Shown: in pieces, positions 30,319 to 40,730 of the stretch
How positions within the stretch are numbered: the stretch's first letter is position 1
Layout: each line of letters begins with the position of its first letter
Origin: Alphaproteobacteria bacterium
GTDB taxonomy: Bacteria; Pseudomonadota; Alphaproteobacteria; SHVV01
DNA length: 64,000 bases
Assembly (NCBI GenBank): GCA_965261735.1
Contig: OZ253470.1
Span: 1,553,479-1,617,478, forward strand
Direction of reading: 5' to 3'
Position numbers and translations under genes: made by a program
The notes under the pieces: model-generated
Databases searched by the model: none
Seen by the model: the letters and a program-made list of their open reading frames with translations, nothing else
Told to the model about the DNA's origin: nothing

Positions 30319-33300
30319 ATGCTCGACGCCCAACCGGCGGCGACCGCGCCCGCGCGTCCGCCTGCCATCCAGCAGCTTCAACCATCCCCAGCGATTGCCG
30401 ATACCACAGGCGTTCGCTCCAAGCCTGCCGCGTTGCTGGCCGCGGCAACCGCTCTGCTTCTTGAGCTGGAGGTGGGCCGGGCGCTCGATCCAAAGACCTT
30501 GCGCGAAGCCATGAGCGCGGCCTTCGGCGCCAATGACACGCAAGGAGCCTGGGTCTGGAAGGACGCCTACGAAGCGGCCGAAGCCGCGATGGTGCTGTTC
30601 ATCCAGCGCTACGGCCGCCTCATGCGCCGCGAGGCGGGCGCCGGACCCGGATCGGCCGCCGCCATGCTCGCCATGCTGGAGACCCTGGCGGCGCTGGAGC
30701 CGTCCCAGACACGGCGGTCGGAGGAACAGCTTGCCCTGCAACAGTTCTCCACTCCCTTGCCGCTCGCCTACGCCGCGCTGCAGGCCGCCGCCATCCGGCC
30801 CGGCGACATCGTGCTGGAACCCTCGGCCGGCACCGGCATGCTCGCCGTCATGGCCGAATGCGCCCTCGGCAAGCGCACCGATGACGCGCGATCGGGGGAT
30901 CCCCTGCACCTGAACGAGATTGCCGCCGTTCGCGCCGGGTTGCTTGCGCGATTGTTCCCAGATTCGCCGGTCACCCGTCATAACGCCGAGTCCATCGCCG
31001 ATTATCTGCCGGACCTGCGTCCCACCGTGGTGTTGATGAACCCGCCCTTTTCGGCGAGCCCCGGGGTCCAGCGCATCCGCCATGACGCGGATTTGCGCCA
31101 TCTTCATTCCGCCTTCTCCATGCTCCCGGCGGGCGGGCGGCTGGTGGCCATCACGTCGGCCGGCTGCATCCCGGGCGATACCGCCTGGAGCCGCGCCTTC
31201 GAGCGCCTCGATCCACCGCCGCGCACCGTCTTTTCCAACGCCATCGACGGGCGCGCCTACGCACGGCGCGGCACGACCTTCGATACCCGGCTGACCGTAA
31301 TCGACCGTGATCCCGCCAATGCCCAGGGCGTTCCGGTCGACGCGCGGGAATCCGTCCCCACCGCTGCCGGGTTGCTTGCAGCTATCGCCGCCAATGTGCC
31401 GCAGCGGCAGGCGGTCGTGCCAATAGCCGCGGCCCTTGTTCCGGCCGGCGATCTGTTCGGCCATGCCGCTGCACGGCCGGCCCCGCGTAAGTGGGCAGCG
31501 GCCACCGCGCCCAACACCAGATCCGCAGACCCGCAAGTCCGCGATTGGGGGCCGGTGGCCGAACTCGACTACGAAATTTCACCCGCCAACCCTGAAGGCA
31601 AGGTAAGCGAACCGGAGGCCACCCATGCCGGCGTCTACGAGCCCTGGTGTCCCCGGACCGCGCGCATTCCCGGCGCCTGCGAACATCCGACGCCGCTGGT
31701 GCAATCCGCCGCCATGGCGGCGGTGCCCCATCCCGTGCCGTCGTACCGCCCGATGCTGCCCGTGCATGTCGTGACGGACGAACTGCTGTCCGACGCCCAG
31801 CTCGAAAGCGTCATCCTCGCCGGTCAGGCGCATGAGCGCCATCTTTCCGCGCACTACCGCATCGGCGAGGGGTGGGAGACCGTCGCGCGTGTCGCCGACA
31901 ATGAAGATGACAACAGCGATGACGGCAAAAACGACGAGACAATTCACTCTGATCCCGAACCCGCCACCGATGCTACCGGCGATGGCGAAGCCCTGTCCGC
32001 GCCGGTGCGTTTCCGGCGCGGCTGGATGCTGGGCGACGGCACCGGCTGCGGCAAGGGCCGCCAGGTCGCCGCCATCATTCTCGACCACTGGCTGCGCGGC
32101 CGCCGCCGGGCGCTGTGGCTGTCCGCCTCCGACAAGCTGCTGGAAGACGCGCTCCGCGACTGGGCCGCGGTCGGCGGCAGCGAGGCCGACCTCATCCCAT
32201 TGGGTAAGTTCCGCCAGGGGGCCGAAATTCCACAAGAGGCCGGTATCCTGTTCGCCACCTATGCAACCTTGCGCTCGCCCGCCCGCCAGGGAAAGCGCTC
32301 GCGCCTCGAACAGATCGTGCGCTGGCTCGCCGATGGCATGGACGAAGACTCCCGCCATGCCTTTGGCGGCGGGACCGCGCGGCGATACCGCCCCCTCGCA
32401 GCAGGGGCGCGCCGGATTGCGTTTGCAGAACGCCTTGCCGGATGCCCGCATCCTCTATGTCTCCGCCACCGGTGCCACCACGGTGCCCGGACTTGCCTAT
32501 GCGCGGCGCCTCGGCCTGTGGAGCGGCGCGGATTCGGGCGGCGAGACGCCCTTCAAGCAACGCACCGATTTCGTCACCGCCATGGAGGCCGGCGGGGTCG
32601 CGGCGATGGAGGTGGTGGCCCGCGATCTGAAGGCCCTCGGGCTCTACCAGGCCCGTGCGCTCAGCTATGACGGGGTCGAGGTCGAGCTGCTCGAACATCC
32701 GCTGACGCCCGAGCAGCGGCGCATCTACGACGCCTATGCCGGGGCCTTCAAGGTGATCCACCGCAATATAGAAGACGCCCTGAAAGCCACCGGCATCATG
32801 GAAGGCGATGCCACCCTGAACAAGAACGCCAAGTCCGCCGCGCTGTCGGCTTTCGAGGGCGCGAAGCAGCGTTTCTTCGGCCATCTCCTGACCGCAATGA
32901 AATGTCCCTCGCTGATCCGGTTCGTGGAGGCCGATCTCGAGGCAGGTCATGCCTGCGTCATCCAGCTGGTCTCCACCGGCGAGGCTTTGCTGGACCGGCG
33001 CATCGCCGATATCCCCGTCTCGGAATGGGACGATATCTCCGTCGACCTGACGCCGAGGGAGGCGTGCCTTGAATATCTGGCGCACGCATTCCCTGTGCAG
33101 TTGCAGGAGCCATTCACCGACGACGAGGGCAATCTCATGAGCCGGCCCGTGACCGACGCCGAGGGCAACCCGGTCTTGTGCCAGGAAGCAGTCGCTGCCC
33201 GCGACTCTCTGATCGAGAAGCTCGCGGCGTTGCCGCCGGTGCAGGCGGCGCTCGACCAGATCCTGCACCGTTTCGGCGGCAAGGCCGTCGCCGAGGTCAC

Positions 33301-34855
33301 CGGCCGCTCGCGCAGGGTCCTGCGCATCGCCGATGCGTCAAGCGAGCGCCTGGCGCTGCGCAACCGTCCTGCGTCGGCCAACCTCGCCGAGACCGCCGCC
33401 TTCATGGCGGGCGACAAACGCATCCTCGTCTTCTCCATGGCCGGCGGCACCGGGCGCAGCTATCACGCCGACCTTGGCTGCGGCAACACTGCGCGGCGTA
33501 TCCATTACCTGCTGGAGCCGGGCTGGCGGGCCGACCAGGCGATCCAGGGACTGGGCCGCACCCATCGAACGCACCAGGCCTCGGCCCCCTTGTTCCGCCC
33601 CGTCACCACGGATGTGAAGGGCGAGCGGCGGTTCATTGCCACCATCGCGCGGCGTCTCGACAGCCTGGGCGCCATCACCCGGGGACAGCGGGACAGCCAG
33701 ACGGCCATGGGCGGCGGCGATGCCACCCTGTTCCGGGCCAGCGACAATCTGGAGAGCCCCTACGCCAAGGTGGCGCTGCGTCAGTTCTACATCGCGCTGT
33801 GGCGCGGCAACATTGCGGGCTGGTCCATGGACCGTTTCGAGGACGCCACCGGGCTGAAGTTGATCTGGGAAGGCTCGCTCAAGGAAGACCTGCCGCCGAT
33901 GCCCCGGTTCCTCAACCGGCTGCTGGCCCTGCCCATCGCCGAGCAGAACGAGTTGTTCGCCGAGCTGGAAACCCGCATCGAGGCCAACATCGAACAGGCC
34001 ATCGAGGCCGGGACCCACGAGCAGGGTGTCGAGACCATCCGGGCCGACTCCCTCACCGTGGCCTCGCGCGAGACGGTTCACGTTCATGAAGCCTCGGGCG
34101 CCGCCACCGAGCTTGTCGAGATCGTCCGCCGCGACCGGCTCGTGCCGCTGGCGGCCGACGATGCGCTCGCCATGCGGGACGGGCGTCCCGTCGTCAACAC
34201 CCGCTCGAAGCGCGCCGCCGTGGTCCTGCCCGCGCCGTCGCGGATGTTCGAGGACGGCGGGGTCGAGGCCCGGGTCCGCCTGGTCCGTCCCGCCGCCCGC
34301 GAGCCCATGGCCGCGGCCGAGCTTGCCGCCTCGAACTGGGAGGATTCCGGCGAAGATCGCTGGCGCGTGTTGTGGGATGCGGAAATCGAGGGGCTGCCCA
34401 GCCACACCGAATCCCGCCTGTGGCTGGTCACCGGCCTGCTGCTGCCCATCTGGGACCGATTGCCGGGCGAGAACATGCGGGTGCGCCGGCTTGCGACCGA
34501 TGCCGGGGAAAGCCTGCTCGGCCGGGTTCTGACGCCCGAGCAGGCGCACGCCTTCCGCGACGCCTTCGGACTGGCCGGCGGACCGGTCATGAGCCCGGCC
34601 GAGATGCACGAGGCGATTCTGATCCGCGGCGCGTCCTTCGATCTCGCCAACGGCTGGCGGCTTGCAAGGCGGCGCCTGATGGGCGCCGGCCGCGTCGAGA
34701 TCGAAGGACCGGCCGATAACGACCTCGCGGCGCTCAAGCGCATGGGGTGCGCCACCGAGATCGTCTCGTGGCGCACCCGTGTGTTCGTGCCCCAATACAT
34801 CGACCTCGGCCGCATCCTCGATCGCTGGCCGCTCGCGGATGCGAACCCGGCGTAA
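30319..34855 (+). pseudogene. large N6-adenine DNA methyltransferase / SNF2 (strawberry-notch-like) helicase fusion, frameshifted in helicase motif II
   Basis: MTase motif I (LEPSAGTGMLAV) and IV (NPPF); helicase Walker A GDGTGCGKGRQVA; frame switch near 32335-32375, where DEAH...APSQQGRAGLRLQ is split between frames; helicase C-domain and conserved C-terminal tail present. Confidence 0.75.
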
Positions 34856-34980
34856 ACCCGCACTCTCCCGCCCGGCATCCGGCACGGGGGCGTGCCAACC
34901 CTTGGCTCCGCCCGCTACGCGCGCTTCCGGGAAATTGCGCCTCTGTGCCGCCCGCGGGCACGAACAGTCCAACCCGCCAT

Positions 34981-35253
34981 ATGGAAGATATCGTCATGAC
35001 ATCTCATACGCTGCCCGACGATCCCGTCTACGCGTTTTGTCCCGCTTATGACTTCGACAACATGCCGCAGCAAATACGAATCGTGTTCGATTCGATGCCG
35101 GGCTACGTCCCCACGGCGCTGGTGGCGCTCAGCCTCGACGATGCCTTGCGAATCTGCGACCGACTCAACGCCCGCATCGGCCTCGACCGCAATGCCTGGT
35201 CCGCCATCGCTGCCCGCGCCATGTCCGCCACTCGCGATGAAGCCACCCATTGA
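34981..35253 (+). CDS. hypothetical protein
   Basis: 90 aa from ATG 34981 (MEDIVMTSHTLPDDPVY...). Confidence 0.35.
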   Translation: MEDIVMTSHTLPDDPVYAFCPAYDFDNMPQQIRIVFDSMPGYVPTALVALSLDDALRICDRLNARIGLDRNAWSAIAARAMSATRDEATH

Positions 35254-35368
35254 ACCCAACAAGATGTAGAGGCCGAGGGCAGCACGGCAGGGGTGATTCA
35301 GGCGGTGTACGGGAGGCAATTTTCCCGGAATCGCCGCCATTCTGTCATGCAATCCACGGAGGAACCCG

Positions 35369-35683
35369 ATGTTCGACACCCTCACACCACGCTCCACGAC
35401 CGGTGAGTTCAAAACCATGTCCTCCGCCCGGCCCGATCCCGGCGGGTTCCTGCCGGAAGCGCGGACCGGCACACGCGAAGCTGCAGCTCACATGAAGGAT
35501 CTGGCGGAACGCTTCGCCGAGCTGCGGAACGCCATCATGCGTCTGCCCGGCAACCCGTCCTGCGACGACCGCGCCGGGCTCCGCCACCGGCTTCTCCATC
35601 TCGAACACACCTTGATGAACGCGAGGGGCAGCCTCGACGACGCCGTCATCGCCATCATGGACGCCAACGACGCGGTCCTTTGA
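35369..35683 (+). CDS. hypothetical protein
   Basis: 104-aa ORF, no domain recognised. Confidence 0.35.
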   Translation: MFDTLTPRSTTGEFKTMSSARPDPGGFLPEARTGTREAAAHMKDLAERFAELRNAIMRLPGNPSCDDRAGLRHRLLHLEHTLMNARGSLDDAVIAIMDANDAVL

Positions 35684-35888
35684 CAACCCGCACGGCGGTT
35701 GCCGGGCAAAATCGTGCCAACGGTTGCCGCCGGTCACGGTCAAGCTCCTGAAGGATCTGTCCCGCACTGCCGAGAAAGAACTCCAGATCGTGGTGCCCTC
35801 CTGCAACCGGGCGTGGCGGCAAGGTCTCTCGACGTTCGCCACGGGCGAGCCGACGATCCACTGATCATCAGCCGTCGGTTGTCGATAA

Positions 35889-38180
35889 CTACCATCGCGC
35901 GCCGCTTGCTGGGTCAGCAGCCGGAAGAGAGAGAGCAACCCCGCTGCCTGCATTGCCGACACTCGGTTCGCCGAGCCACTCGTTGAGCTTCGACCAGCGC
36001 CGCCGTCCCGAGACATTGCGCACGGCAATGGCCACCGCCTTCTTTTGTCCGACCAGCACGACCAGCCGCTTGCCGCGCGTCACGCCGGTGTAGAGCAGGT
36101 TCCGCTGGAGCATCGCGTAGTGCTGCGTCAGGACGGGGATGACGACCGCGGGATACTCCGAGCCCTGGCTCTTGTGAATCGTCGCGGCGTATGCCGGAAC
36201 CAGGGTGTCGAGTTCGCCGAAACCATAGGTGAGCGCGCGCCCGTCGAAACGTGCGGTCAGTTCGCCTTCATCGGGATCGACATCGTCGACATAGCCGATG
36301 TCACCGTTATAGACCTCCTTGTCGTAGTCGTTTTCTATCTGCATCACCTTGTCGCCGGGCGCGAAGGTCCAGCCGAAGCGCTCGACCTTGCGCTCGCCGG
36401 CGGGATTGAGGGCGGCCTGAAGCTCGATGTTGAGCGAGCGGGCGCCGGCGCCGCCGCGGTTCATCGGGCACAACACCTGAATGTCGCGCACCGGGTCGAG
36501 CCCGAAGCGCTTCGGGATGCGCGTCCTTACCAACTCGATGATCATAGGGACCGCGGTTTCCGGATCGTCCGCCTGCACGAAGTAGAAGTCGCTGTCGCCC
36601 TCGGGTTTGGAAAGATTGGGAATGGCGCCCCGGTTGATCCCGTGCGCGCTGGTGACGATCCGGCTTCGCGCCGCCTGACGGAATACCTCGGTCAGCCGCA
36701 CGACGGGGACCGCGCCGGAAGCGATGATGTCGGCCAGCACCTGGCCCGGACCGACCGACGGTAGTTGGTCGATGTCGCCGACGATCAACAGAGCGGCTTC
36801 GTCGGGAACCGCCATCAGCAATGCCCGCATCAGCATGACATCCACCATCGAGGTCTCGTCGACGACCAGAAGCCCGCAGTCGAGCGGATTGTCGGCGTTG
36901 CGCTTGAATCCCCCGCCCCTGGGATCGACCTCAAGCAGCCGATGGATCGTCATGGCCTCGAACCCGGTGGCCTCCGTCATTCGTTTGGCGGCACGGCCGG
37001 TCGGCGCGCAGAGCAGCAAGGTCACGCCCTTGGCGTCCAGGATGCGCAGGATGGCGTTGACGATGGTCGTCTTGCCCACGCCCGGCCCGCCGGTGATGAC
37101 CATGGCCTTGGAGTTCAGGGCCAGGCGAACCGCATCGGCCTGGCTCGCCGCAAGCGACAGGCCGGTCTTTCCCTCGACCCACGGTAGCGCCTTTGCGGCA
37201 TCGATATCCGGCCAGGGGAGCCTGCCGCCCGCGATCTTCATAAACCGTTCGCCGATCGCCCGTTCGGCCCGGTACAGGCCACCAAGGAATATACAGGGCG
37301 TTCCGGCGACCGTGTCCGCGACAACCGTTCCCTCGGCCAGTTCGAAGTCCAGAGCGGTTTGAACCAACTCATTCGGGACTTCCAGCAATTCAACGGAGAG
37401 CGGCGCAAGCTCTTCGGCGGGAAGGCCGCAATGGCCGTCGTCCATCGCCTCGGTCAGCGCATGGGAAATCCCCGCGCGCACCCGGATCATTGCTGTTTTC
37501 TCGATGCCGAGCTTCATGGCGATCGCGTCGGCGGTCTTGAACCCGATGCCGCGAATGTCGCGGGCAAGGCGGTACGGGTTCTCGGTCATGACCTGAACGG
37601 CATCCACGCCGTAGGTCTTGTAGATCCGCACCGCCCGCGCCGTGCCGACGCCATGGCTGTGCAGGAACACCATGATCTCCCGGATGACCTTCTGCTCGGC
37701 CCAGGCGTCGGTGATGCGTTTGGCGCGCACCCGGCCGATGCCGGTTACCTCGCGCAGCCGTTCCGGCTCCGCCTCGATGATGTCGAACACCTTCTCGCCA
37801 AACGCCTTGACCATCTTCCCGGCATAGACCGGCCCGATGCCGCGGATCATGCCGGAGCCGAGGTATTTCTCGATGCCCTCGATCGACGAGGGCTCCGAGG
37901 TGCGCATGAAGCGCGCCTTGAACTGCTGACCATGGGTGCGGTCGTTGATCCATTCCCCCGATGCGGTTATCCACTCCCCGGCCGAGACCATGGCAGCGTG
38001 GCCGACGACCGTGACCAGATCGCGATGGCCCCGGGCCTTTGTTCTCAGAACGCAGAACCCGTTATCGGGATTGTGGAACGTCACACGCTCGACCAGGCCG
38101 GCCAGAACCTCTCGGTTCGGCGATGGCCCGAGCGGGTTCGCCGGCCGATCTTTCACGCCACCGGCAAGATTCGGCGTCAT
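35889..38180 (-). CDS. recD2: RecD2-like SF1B ATP-dependent DNA helicase (RecD/TraA family, TIGR01448-like)
   Basis: 763 aa; N-terminal HhH region, Walker A GGPGVGKTT, Walker B LLVVDETSM, C-terminal SH3-like region. Confidence 0.85.
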   Translation of the reverse strand: MTPNLAGGVKDRPANPLGPSPNREVLAGLVERVTFHNPDNGFCVLRTKARGHRDLVTVVGHAAMVSAGEWITASGEWINDRTHGQQFKARFMRTSEPSSIEGIEKYLGSGMIRGIGPVYAGKMVKAFGEKVFDIIEAEPERLREVTGIGRVRAKRITDAWAEQKVIREIMVFLHSHGVGTARAVRIYKTYGVDAVQVMTENPYRLARDIRGIGFKTADAIAMKLGIEKTAMIRVRAGISHALTEAMDDGHCGLPAEELAPLSVELLEVPNELVQTALDFELAEGTVVADTVAGTPCIFLGGLYRAERAIGERFMKIAGGRLPWPDIDAAKALPWVEGKTGLSLAASQADAVRLALNSKAMVITGGPGVGKTTIVNAILRILDAKGVTLLLCAPTGRAAKRMTEATGFEAMTIHRLLEVDPRGGGFKRNADNPLDCGLLVVDETSMVDVMLMRALLMAVPDEAALLIVGDIDQLPSVGPGQVLADIIASGAVPVVRLTEVFRQAARSRIVTSAHGINRGAIPNLSKPEGDSDFYFVQADDPETAVPMIIELVRTRIPKRFGLDPVRDIQVLCPMNRGGAGARSLNIELQAALNPAGERKVERFGWTFAPGDKVMQIENDYDKEVYNGDIGYVDDVDPDEGELTARFDGRALTYGFGELDTLVPAYAATIHKSQGSEYPAVVIPVLTQHYAMLQRNLLYTGVTRGKRLVVLVGQKKAVAIAVRNVSGRRRWSKLNEWLGEPSVGNAGSGVALSLPAADPASGARW

Positions 38181-40591
38181 CCTGTTCGATCCAACTCGGC
38201 CAATCGTTCGATCAACCGTGTCTTGCGTTCGTGCCGTAGCCGAAGCGCGTTCAGGTGACCGGAGAAGGTCGCCATCGCATCGTCCTCCTCGGCCAATGCC
38301 CGCAAGTCGACAAGCAAGGCTGTCGCACGGTCGTAACCATTGGCGTTACGCTTCTCGATCTCGCTTTCGATCTCGCGCCACACGTCCTTCCCCCGCAGCC
38401 TGAGGACATCAAGACGCGCACGCCGCGCCTCCTCCGTCTCGCGTTCCCGACGCACCCGCTCGGCCTCTCGCCGTTCCACTTCGGCGGCCTCGCGCCCCTC
38501 GCGGATCGCCGCCGCGCGGACACGCAGAGCGGATACCGTCCGAAGGCCCGCCTGCATGCCTCCGGCCGCCGGCGGTACAGCCTCTCGGACACGATTGCGA
38601 ACCTCCGCCGCCACATGAGGGTCGCCCTCGGCGAGGCGATGAAGCAACGCCGCCTTCTCGGCTGCCGGGATGGCCGCAACAGCGGCACGGATAGCTTCGG
38701 ACGAAAGCGCCTGACTTGCGGCATTGGCGGCCGCTTCGGCGGCCGCCTGCACGAGATCGGAGTCGATGCGGAAGAAGCCGGCGAAGGCTTCGAGGCCGCC
38801 GGTCAGAGGGCCGATGCCCGGAATCGGCTCCCGTTCTTCGTCCCGCAGGCTCCCGTTGTCCACTGCCGCGAGCCAGATGAGATAAGGCAGGCGCCAGTCA
38901 CCAGAAATCAGTTCGGCCCGCAGTGGCGCCAGCGCGCCGAGCCAACCGGAGCCGTCGTCCCAGTCATCGTATTCGGGCGGATCGCAGTCGTCGTAAATGT
39001 CGAGGATCAGATACTCACCCAACTCCATGACTTCCGCCAGATCGCCGCCGCGCAGGAAGACGTCGAGCCGGGTGCGGTCGACAAGCCGTTTAGGCAGCCG
39101 GATCATCAGCCGGCGCGTTCCCCAGTTGGCGAGATAGAGATGCAGGTCGAACCAGCGCTCCATGAGTCGCTGCGGATCGCCCTTGAAGTCGCCCCATTCA
39201 TAGTGATTGGTGAAACTCGTGGCCGTAATCCGCGCCCGCGTCGACAACGTCCGCAGCGCTTCCCTGTCCGCCTCGCCGAGCGGGCGGCCGGCGATGAATT
39301 GATGGAGCTTGAAGGCGAATAGCGGCTCGCCGTTTCCATCGGGTACACCGCGCAAGTTCTCCGGCGTGCTGAAGCCGATCAGGGCGTTCCGGAGAGCCAC
39401 CGCGCAGTCTTCTTCGGAAAGCCCGCAATCCGCTGCCAGCGCTGCAGCAGCCCGCTCACGCGAAACGGGGCTCGCCCGCTCGGGCTTGTGATCGACATTC
39501 TTCAAGCCGATCCGTGTCTCGATCCAGATGGCCAGATCGTCCTGCGCCAGATCGACGTTCGTGCGCCCGTGGCCGACATTGCCCTTCAGGGCGGCCTCGA
39601 CCGCCGCCGCGAGCCCGGGCAATTCGCGTTCGCCGCTCCTGGACGCGTCGGTCACACGGCGGAGCGTTTCCGTAACGACCGCGTCCGCCCCGATCCGGGC
39701 ACTGAAGATTTTCGAGGCAACTTGGGCTACCGCGGCGTTCTTCTCTTCCGTGTCGCCCTCGCTTGCCATGGTCGCGGATGTGCCGACGCAGACCGGCGGG
39801 TGCTTCGGATCGCCGATCCGCGCTTTGAGGCGGCGCATCAGCATCGCCACGTCCGCGCCCTGGCGCCCGCGGTAGGTGTGCAACTCATCGAGCACGACGA
39901 ACCGCAGGCCGCGGCAGTTCTCGATGACCTTCCGGTCGAGATCGTTCTGCCGCGTCATCAGCAGTTCGAGCATCATGAAGTTGGTGAGCAGGATGTCCGG
40001 CGGGTTGTTCTTGATGCGCTCGCGTTCGTCGGCGCCTTCCTGGCCGGTGTATCGCGCGAAGGTTGGAGTATGGGGGTGGCCCGCACCGAGATAGCGCCGC
40101 AGCTCTTCCATCTGGCTGTTGGCAAGCGCGTTCATCGGATAAATGACGATGGCGCGGGTTCTGGGAGCGTCACCCGCTTTCCGCGCCTTGATCGCGGCGT
40201 CGATGATGGGAATGAAGAAACACAGCGACTTCCCCGAGCCGGTGCCGGTCGTGACGGCGTAACTCTGATTGCTCAGGGCATAGCCGACCGCCTGTTGTTG
40301 GTGCTTGCGGAGCTTGAGCGTTCGATCCCGGTCGCTGCCGGAGACGGAGAGGTCCCGAAACACTTCAGCGCATTCCGGTTCCAGGTCGCCGGCGTCGATG
40401 AAATCCTGTATCGAGCCGCCGCCGGCGTAGTGCGGATTGAGCTGGATCAGCGGCTCTGGCCAGAATCGCTTGGCCGCGTACAGTTCATCGACCTTCGCGT
40501 TCAACTCCGGCGAGCGGATGTTGGTAAATGAACGCGCGAAAGCCTTGTAGCGATCGATGACGGTTTTATCGAGATCAAATACGTCCATCAC
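38177..40591 (-). CDS. DExH-box helicase-like protein with a single YprA/MrfA-type RecA1 domain and a long, unrecognised alpha-helical C-terminal region
   Basis: 804 aa; motifs TTGTGSGKSL (I), VLDELHTYRG (II), GTSATM (III); no helicase C-domain motifs (IV-VI) detectable; Arg/Glu/Ala-rich coiled-coil tail; ATGA overlap with recD2. Confidence 0.6.
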   Translation of the reverse strand: MMDVFDLDKTVIDRYKAFARSFTNIRSPELNAKVDELYAAKRFWPEPLIQLNPHYAGGGSIQDFIDAGDLEPECAEVFRDLSVSGSDRDRTLKLRKHQQQAVGYALSNQSYAVTTGTGSGKSLCFFIPIIDAAIKARKAGDAPRTRAIVIYPMNALANSQMEELRRYLGAGHPHTPTFARYTGQEGADERERIKNNPPDILLTNFMMLELLMTRQNDLDRKVIENCRGLRFVVLDELHTYRGRQGADVAMLMRRLKARIGDPKHPPVCVGTSATMASEGDTEEKNAAVAQVASKIFSARIGADAVVTETLRRVTDASRSGERELPGLAAAVEAALKGNVGHGRTNVDLAQDDLAIWIETRIGLKNVDHKPERASPVSRERAAAALAADCGLSEEDCAVALRNALIGFSTPENLRGVPDGNGEPLFAFKLHQFIAGRPLGEADREALRTLSTRARITATSFTNHYEWGDFKGDPQRLMERWFDLHLYLANWGTRRLMIRLPKRLVDRTRLDVFLRGGDLAEVMELGEYLILDIYDDCDPPEYDDWDDGSGWLGALAPLRAELISGDWRLPYLIWLAAVDNGSLRDEEREPIPGIGPLTGGLEAFAGFFRIDSDLVQAAAEAAANAASQALSSEAIRAAVAAIPAAEKAALLHRLAEGDPHVAAEVRNRVREAVPPAAGGMQAGLRTVSALRVRAAAIREGREAAEVERREAERVRRERETEEARRARLDVLRLRGKDVWREIESEIEKRNANGYDRATALLVDLRALAEEDDAMATFSGHLNALRLRHERKTRLIERLAELDRTG

Positions 40592-40730
40592 AGGCTCTCG
40601 GCGAAAGCGGTTCGCGCAGGCCGCTTTCGTAGAATTGTCCGTCGGTCTTGCGGCCGGCGTGCCGATGGATCGTCATCAAGGCTGAGGCGTTTCAGCATCC
40701 CCTGGAGCGGTGCTTTGCGGATGACGCCCA

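Noticed and set aside
33338-34972. 544-aa minus-strand ORF
   Set aside because: Antisense to the methylase-helicase gene; low-complexity Gly/Arg/Ala-rich
38255-40531. 355-aa and 347-aa + strand ORFs
   Set aside because: Antisense to the DExH-like gene; no motifs
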